Positions 58,129 through 64,000 of a stretch of 64,000 bases of DNA are shown here, piece after piece; position 1 is the first letter of the stretch, and each line of letters begins with the position of its first letter. Source of the DNA: Candidatus Zhuqueibacterota bacterium (GTDB lineage Bacteria; Zhuqueibacterota; Zhuqueibacteria; Oceanimicrobiales; Oceanimicrobiaceae); NCBI GenBank assembly GCA_029262055.1, contig JAJDAD010000035.1, positions 516-64,515 of the forward strand. Reading direction: 5' to 3'. Both the position numbers and the translations under genes were made by a program. The notes under the pieces were generated by a model. The model worked only from the letters and a program-made list of their open reading frames with translations. It did no database searches and was not told where the DNA came from.

Positions 58129-59085
58129 ATGCGAATGAGAATGTTGCTCCTTTGTCTCACATCGTCCCTGCTCAGTTGCAGCCCCGAAACACTGGAAATG
58201 CAATCGAACCCCGGTCCGGTAGATCGCACGGCTATTCTGGGACGCTGGGACGCGACCGTCTACGATATTCAGGGTGTCTATCCTTCCTGGTTTGAAATCG
58301 AGGAGAAAGACGACGAGTTGGGCGGTAGCTTTGTCGGGCGCTACGGCAACGCGCGTCCCATCCGCTACCTGCATTTTGACGGCGATCAGCTCTATCTGTC
58401 CCTGCCCCGGCAATATGAAAGGCCGGTTGAGGACCTGCTCTTCGTCGGCAAGGTCGAGGATGGCAGGATTGACGGCCAGACCAAAAGTGAATCCGGAAAG
58501 GTCATTCGGTTCCAGGCCGAGCGCGCCCCGGCGCTGGAATTCTCCGGTGCGCCTGAGTGGGGCGAGCCCATCGAACTCATTCGTCAAGACCTGTCGAACT
58601 GGATGCCGCGCAACCCAAATCATGAGAACAAGTGGCGGGTCGAGGATGACCTGCTAATCAACGGTGACCGGGGTACGGACCTGATCACGCGTGAGAAGTT
58701 CACCGACTTCAAGCTGCACCTCGAATTCAAATATCCTGAAGGCAGCAACAGCGGTGTCTATTTGCGCGGCCGTTATGAAGTGCAAATCGAAGATAACTAC
58801 GGCAAGGAACCGACCAATCGGAGGGCGGGAGGTGTGTACGGCTTCCTGACCCCGGCCAGGATGGCGATCAAACCGGCAGGTGAGTGGAACACTTACGACA
58901 TCACGCTGCTCGGACGAAAGATCTCTGTGCGGCTGAATGATGAGCTGATTATCGATAACGGCGAGATTCCCGGTGTGACGGGTGGCGCCCTCGAGAGCCG
59001 TGAGGGGGACCCCGGTCCCATCATGCTGCAGGGCGACCACGGCCGGATCAGTTTCAGGAACATTGTCCTCACGCCGGCAAAATGA
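58129..59085 (+). CDS. DUF1080 family lipoprotein with an additional N-terminal domain
   Basis: Lipobox LLSC, NSGVYLRGRYEVQI, GEWNTYDI, LQGDHG, FRNI. Confidence 0.9.
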   Translation: MRMRMLLLCLTSSLLSCSPETLEMQSNPGPVDRTAILGRWDATVYDIQGVYPSWFEIEEKDDELGGSFVGRYGNARPIRYLHFDGDQLYLSLPRQYERPVEDLLFVGKVEDGRIDGQTKSESGKVIRFQAERAPALEFSGAPEWGEPIELIRQDLSNWMPRNPNHENKWRVEDDLLINGDRGTDLITREKFTDFKLHLEFKYPEGSNSGVYLRGRYEVQIEDNYGKEPTNRRAGGVYGFLTPARMAIKPAGEWNTYDITLLGRKISVRLNDELIIDNGEIPGVTGGALESREGDPGPIMLQGDHGRISFRNIVLTPAK

Positions 59086-59126
59086 GGTTCTGTATTGTTT
59101 GGTGTGGGTAATTTGGAAAAAAATAC

Positions 59127-59340
59127 GCCACGGATGAAAGCATTGTCGTCAAAAACCAGTCACAATGTTCGCTGGTTTGAACACCTGGTTTTCGGCACGT
59201 TCCAATTCCATAATTTATAGCACCAGATTTCAAGAAAGCAGTCCTGAAAAAAAACTGTACACCTCAAGAATCCGTGTTTCATCAGTGAGAATCCGTGGCC
59301 AAGAAGATCCTTAATTCTGACAGAACAGTCAATCCGTGGC
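59127..59340 (-). repeat. Degenerate inverted-repeat element resembling the flanks of GxxExxY genes
   Basis: GCCACGGAT (59127-59135) is the reverse complement of ATCCGTGGC at 59291-59299 and 59332-59340; AATCCGTG also at 59269. Confidence 0.65.
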
Positions 59341-59437
59341 GAAAGACCGGAATAAGAGGACTACTTCAACCGCACTAAACACCATAGACCCAAAATGATT
59401 TTTTCTTAGATAACGTTTTTTAGAGGGAGAACAAGAA

Positions 59438-60319
59438 ATGAACAAGGCGAATCACCTACTCAGCAGCAAATCGTGTTTCACAGCGCTCTTGCTCCTGCTT
59501 GTGCTTGCTTTTGCTTGTGCGGAAGAGCCTGCGAAAAAAGCAGAAGAGCAGCCTGAAATGCATGTCGAAGACAAGGTAATGCCGGAAACAGAAGAAAGCG
59601 ATGAACCGGAGCAACCCGAAGAGCCGGAGAAAACCACACCGGTCGAAATGAGCGAGCCCAAGACGGCTGAACCGGTCAAAAAGGCGCCGCAGAAAAAAGT
59701 GGTCGCAGAACCGGCCTCAGGCGGGATGCTGCCGTTGGATCTGAAACTGCCAAAACCCATGTTTATCGGTACGCCGCAGAACTTCAGAGTCGACAAACTG
59801 GAGAAACCGCTGGGCAAACCGCGTCCTCCCTTTTTAGTGCCTGCGGGCACAAAGAATGTAGCATCCGGGCGACCCGTTGCCAGCACTGACGATGCGCCCA
59901 TCATCGGTGAAATCAGCATGATCACGGACGGCGACAAAGAGGCGGCGGACGGCAGTTACGTCGAACTCGGCCCTTTCTTGCAGCACATCACCATCGATCT
60001 CGGAGCCCGGCACGACATTTACGCGATTCTGCTCTGGCATTTTCACAAGCAGGCCAGGGTCTATTATGATGTGGTCCTCCAGGCAGCGGACAATCCTGAT
60101 TTCAGCGAAAACGTCCAGACGCTGTTCAACAACGACCATGACGAGTCCGCCGGGATTGGCGCGGGCAAGGACTTGCACTATGTCGAAACATCCGAAGGCA
60201 GGCTGATAGATGCCAAGGGTGTGCAGGCGCGCTACGTCCGGCTCTACAGCAACGGCAATACCAACAACGACTTGAATCACTACATCGAAGTTGAAGTTTA
60301 CGGCAAGCCTGCAATGTGA
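59438..60319 (+). CDS. Lipoprotein with Glu/Pro-rich linker and discoidin (F5/8 type C)-like domain
   Basis: Lipobox AFAC, acidic linker, NVASGRPV, ITIDLG, ARYVRLY, EVEVYG. Confidence 0.8.
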   Translation: MNKANHLLSSKSCFTALLLLLVLAFACAEEPAKKAEEQPEMHVEDKVMPETEESDEPEQPEEPEKTTPVEMSEPKTAEPVKKAPQKKVVAEPASGGMLPLDLKLPKPMFIGTPQNFRVDKLEKPLGKPRPPFLVPAGTKNVASGRPVASTDDAPIIGEISMITDGDKEAADGSYVELGPFLQHITIDLGARHDIYAILLWHFHKQARVYYDVVLQAADNPDFSENVQTLFNNDHDESAGIGAGKDLHYVETSEGRLIDAKGVQARYVRLYSNGNTNNDLNHYIEVEVYGKPAM

Positions 60320-61905
60320 AATGGTCTCGTGAGAACCTCCTGATTCTGCTCGCAATCGCGGCCGCCGCCACAGCGCTGCGCGTACCGCGTCTGCAAGAGC
60401 GTCCCATGCACACCGATGAGGCTGTGCATGCTATCAAATTCGGCGCGCTGCTGGAAGACGGGTTCTATCGCTACGACAGTCACGAGTTTCACGGCCCGAC
60501 ACTCAATTATCTGACCCTGATTCCGGCCTGGCTCAGCTCAGCCGGGAAACTCACGGAAATCGACGAAACTACCTTACGTATCGTCCCGGTTTGTTTCGGG
60601 GTTTTGGTAGTTTTGATGGTTTTCGTGCTCACCGGTGCACTCGGGCGTCCTGCTGTTCTGGTGGCAGCACTTCTCACCGCCCTCTCACCTGCGATGGTCT
60701 TCTACAGCCGCTACTACATTCAGGAAATGCTGATGGTCTGCTTTACATTTGCGGCCGTTCTATCCGGTTACCGCTACACGCTGACCAGAAAGGCGATCTG
60801 GGCGGGCGCAACCGGGGTGTTCCTGGGGCTGATGCACGCCACCAAGGAAACCTGCATCATCGCCTATGCCGCCATGTTATTGGCGATCTTGTTGACCTAC
60901 TTGCCGGACCGTGACCTGCGGCACAAGCTTCGTGACTGGAAGGACCAAATCAGGCCAGGGCATCTCGTCATCGCAGGCGCCGTCATGTTCGTGGCCTCGG
61001 CTTTGTTCTACTCTTCCTTTCTTAGCAATGCCGCCGGGATAGTGGATTCCGTGACGGCATACAAGACCTACCTCAGCCGGGCCGGACACGACAACCTGCA
61101 CATTCACCCCTGGTACTATTACCTGAAAATGCTGTTGTTCTCCAGGTACGGCAGCGGCCCGATCTGGAGTGAGGCACTGATTCTTTTTCTGGCCCTGGCC
61201 GGAATGCTGGCCGCCTTCAAATGGAGTGACCGGTTCGAATGCGAGCGGGCATTGATTCGGTTCGTGTCCTTCTATTCAATCCTGATGACGGTGGCCTATT
61301 CCGTCATTCCGTACAAGACACCCTGGAACCTGATCGAGTTTTTACATCCGCTGATCTTGATGGCCGGTGTGGGTGCAGCGGCAATCATAAAGTACACGGA
61401 GCGCAAACCACGTCTTTTCAGAATCCTACTCGGTTGCGTCCTGACACTCGGGTTAGGTCATCTTGCCGGGCAAGCATATCTCGCAAACTACGAGTATTTT
61501 GAAGACCCGGTTAACCCGTACGTTTATGCGCACCCGCTTTCGGACACGTACCAGGTGGTTTCGAGAGTTGAAGAACTCGCGACAGTTCACCCTGACGCGC
61601 ACAACATGCAGGTCGAGGTAATTTTTCCAGACAGTGATTATTGGCCGCTGCCATGGTATTTGCGCGCGTTTCCCAACGTAGGCTGGTGGCAAGAGGTCGA
61701 CGCAAAGACGCTGGCGGCTCCCGTCATAATTGCTTCCCCCGCCGTGGAAAGCGACCTGATGCGAAAGCTGTATGAGATTCCGCCGCCGGGGGCGAGACAT
61801 CTGTATGTGCCGCTCTTTGATTCACATATCGCATTGCGTCCAAATATTGAAATCACGGGCTATGTGAGAAATGATTTGTGGAATGCATATCTACAGACTA
61901 AATGA
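60316..61905 (+). CDS. GT-C fold membrane protein, TIGR03663/Agl23-like
   Basis: RPMHTDEAVH, YRYD...HGPTL, YSRYYIQE, ATKET, YKTPW, YWPLPWYLR. Confidence 0.82.
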   Translation: MKWSRENLLILLAIAAAATALRVPRLQERPMHTDEAVHAIKFGALLEDGFYRYDSHEFHGPTLNYLTLIPAWLSSAGKLTEIDETTLRIVPVCFGVLVVLMVFVLTGALGRPAVLVAALLTALSPAMVFYSRYYIQEMLMVCFTFAAVLSGYRYTLTRKAIWAGATGVFLGLMHATKETCIIAYAAMLLAILLTYLPDRDLRHKLRDWKDQIRPGHLVIAGAVMFVASALFYSSFLSNAAGIVDSVTAYKTYLSRAGHDNLHIHPWYYYLKMLLFSRYGSGPIWSEALILFLALAGMLAAFKWSDRFECERALIRFVSFYSILMTVAYSVIPYKTPWNLIEFLHPLILMAGVGAAAIIKYTERKPRLFRILLGCVLTLGLGHLAGQAYLANYEYFEDPVNPYVYAHPLSDTYQVVSRVEELATVHPDAHNMQVEVIFPDSDYWPLPWYLRAFPNVGWWQEVDAKTLAAPVIIASPAVESDLMRKLYEIPPPGARHLYVPLFDSHIALRPNIEITGYVRNDLWNAYLQTK

Positions 61906-61921
61906 AAAAAAGATGTGAAAC

Positions 61922-62884
61922 ATGATTCAGTCCAACAGGGATTTCACAGTTGGAGGCGGAATAGAGGCGCTGCATCGATTCAGTCACCCGGCAATGGCGA
62001 CGGTGTACGAGATCATAGTCGTGCATGAGGATGGTAACTACGCCCGGCAGGCGGCGAACGAAGCCTTTCATGAGCTTGACCGGCTTGAGCAGGAACTCAG
62101 CCGGTTCATTGAAAACAGCGACATCGCGCGAATCAATAGTCAGTCCGCAAACCAGCCCACACGGATCGGGCTGGCCACATTCGAATGTCTGCAGCAGAGT
62201 CTCCAAATATTTCAGGAAACCGGTGGCGCTTTTGACATCACGGTGGGTCCGCTTCTGAAATGCTGGCTAAATGAAGATAAAACCGTACGCACCCCATCTG
62301 ACCAGGAGCTTGAGCTTGCGAGCGGACACGTTGGTCTGCACCACCTGCAATTGAATGAGGACCGGCACACTGTCACGGTCGATGTAGGCCCCATGCTTAT
62401 CGATCTCGGCGGTATCGGAAAAGGCTACGCACTAACACAATTGGCACAACTGCTGCAGGAGTGGGAGCTTGCTACGGTTTTTCTTCAAGGTGGAGATAGT
62501 TCGGCGCTTGCGCTTGGGGCTCCGCCCGGGATGCCGGGTTGGCCGATCACTTTGAGCAGTCCGAGCAATCGCGCACAGGTCTTGTCACGTTTCTATCTGC
62601 GTGATCGGGCTTTGAGTGGTTCCGGGCTACAAAAGGGACAGCACATCATTGACCCACGTTCGGGACGGCCGGTCAGCAGCGCCACTGCGGCCTGGGCTTG
62701 TAGCGCGGACGCAGCCGGAAGCGACGCTCTGTCTACGGCGTTTATGATAATGAACCACGATGAAATCGCGGCATATTGCGCCGGCAACCCGGATGTCCTG
62801 GCGCTGGTCGTCAGTCAAGGCGACCGGAGCGGGTCGGGGCAGGAGGTTGTATCACGCTTCGGACCGTGGGACAAAGTGGGGTAG
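61922..62884 (+). CDS. apbE: FAD:protein FMN transferase
   Basis: AMAT, GAFDITVGPL, DLGGIGKGYA, HIIDPRSG, DALSTA. Confidence 0.92.
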   Translation: MIQSNRDFTVGGGIEALHRFSHPAMATVYEIIVVHEDGNYARQAANEAFHELDRLEQELSRFIENSDIARINSQSANQPTRIGLATFECLQQSLQIFQETGGAFDITVGPLLKCWLNEDKTVRTPSDQELELASGHVGLHHLQLNEDRHTVTVDVGPMLIDLGGIGKGYALTQLAQLLQEWELATVFLQGGDSSALALGAPPGMPGWPITLSSPSNRAQVLSRFYLRDRALSGSGLQKGQHIIDPRSGRPVSSATAAWACSADAAGSDALSTAFMIMNHDEIAAYCAGNPDVLALVVSQGDRSGSGQEVVSRFGPWDKVG

Positions 62885-62913
62885 CTCGACCTGGTGGGAC
62901 AGCGGAGTGGCGG

Positions 62914-63740
62914 TCAGTCAATTTGGATGTTAAGAGCGGACTTTCCCGTTGCGGTTTCGACTATCTCAAACTTCACCCTGGTCTGGGCTGAGATGGTGCG
63001 ATAGCCTTCCCCCGGTATGGTGGTAAAGTTGAAGAACAGCTTCTGGTCGTCTTGTTCATCGACGATCATGCCATTGCCGCTTTGTTTATCAAAGTGGAGC
63101 ACGAAGCCCTCGGAAACCGGGTTTCCGCTTGCACCCAGTGGCCTCCCGGTGGCCCAAAAGTGTTGCGGAACTCTTAACTGTTTTCTTCCCTCCGTGTTCC
63201 AGGCTTCGTACGGATAGTAGTCCTGTTCACTCATGATTCTTCGCAAATCCTGTCGCAACTCTTCAGCAGTTGGCCTGCCTACAAAGAACCAGCCGTCATA
63301 GATTTTCCGAATTCTCAGATCGGGATTGCAGATAAAAGTATACGGCTGCGCGGTATAGGCGTACTCTCCTTCGGTTTCATCCAAAATGCCCAACGAGGTG
63401 ATGAGTTCTCGATTCTCATCGGAGAAGAATGGCCAGGTTGCCCCCAAGCCCGCCCTGAATGCGGATAAGACCCTGGGACTATCGACGCTGATGGAAACCA
63501 GTCTCCCGAAGTTCACCTGCAATTCCTTTTGGAAGTCAACCAACATCCGGAACTGCTGCTGGTCTCTGGGGCAGAAAAGCCTCTGTAGAAGACAATTATC
63601 AGGGGGTAGCCACCAGTGAAGCCCAGTCGTCTGTCGTATTCCGAAGGCTGTGTATACCGGGAAAGTCTGGCTGGTCGGTTTTCATGATGTGTCAGCTCAA
63701 CGTCCGGAAAGTGGTCTGCGATTTTTACTTTGATTGCCAT
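62914..63740 (-). pseudogene. AhpC/TSA redoxin and cold-shock-domain fusion split by a 1-nt frameshift (possibly a sequencing error)
   Basis: Frame A ends ...IIVFYRGF; frame B continues (F)CPRDQQQFRMLVDF...SISVD and ends in a CSD-like domain. One extra T at 63575-63578 joins them into 275 aa. Confidence 0.75.
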
Positions 63741-63874
63741 TGATGCTGCTCCAAATGCAAACGGTGTGTGGACTTATTCGCCGCTGGCGGTTCGCGACGA
63801 TCTCGTGGGCTCGGCGGGACGCTGTCGCGCAATGTATCTTCCTCTGTTAATACGTCCCTTAATCTGGACGGCCA

Positions 63875-64000
63875 CTAGCGTTTGCGATTTATCGGACCGC
63901 CATACCACTGATTGTCTGGCAACTTGCTGTCCCAGGCGTCAAAGATCCCCTGCAGTTACCGGACCAGTTCTGGATGTCGCCTGGACAGATCGACTTACTC
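63875..64000 (-). pseudogene. 3' end of a sulfatase-like gene with two in-frame stops, truncated by the window edge
   Basis: E*VDLSRRHPELVR*LQGIFDAWDSKLPDNQWYGGPINRKR* resembles the sulfatase C-terminal pattern E..DL...HPE.V..L...W. Confidence 0.5.

Noticed and set aside
62914-63740. Selenocysteine readthrough as the reason for the split redoxin
   Set aside because: The two halves are in different frames and the Cys codon is TGC, not TGA.

Overview
Gene-dense bacterial chromosomal segment. Six secreted proteins ending in a QNYPNPFNP...KKMLLLK C-terminal sorting domain (CTD) and a Bacteroidetes-style hybrid two-component system (HTCS) suggest an FCB-related lineage such as KSB1 or Calditrichota; this is inference only. 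Layout: (1) end of a CDP-sugar/polysaccharide cluster (1-7150); (2) housekeeping block with polA, plsY and a DAK2-DegV fusion (7147-21130); (3) FHA protein / flavoreductase-FHA-FHA-2Fe2S fusion / Ser-Thr kinase operon (21804-26488); (4) divergent PurD-like ATP-grasp ligase paired with an ATE-like aminoacyl-tRNA transferase (26570-28735); (5) HTCS followed by a co-directional array of seven secreted proteins with DNA-level duplication and mosaic CTDs (29140-47106); (6) sugar oxidation operon resembling 3-keto-glycoside pathways, with a 7-heme cytochrome, a cytochrome-b-like protein and ApbE (47721-62884); (7) decaying right end with a frameshifted redoxin/cold-shock fusion and a sulfatase-like remnant. 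I found no rRNA, tRNA, CRISPR array or intact mobile element. Best novelty candidates are blocks 3, 4 and 6, the duplicated array, two probable non-canonical starts (ACG, ATT) and two 2Fe-2S domains with Asp at the third Cys position. All family calls come from motif recognition by eye, not database searches.
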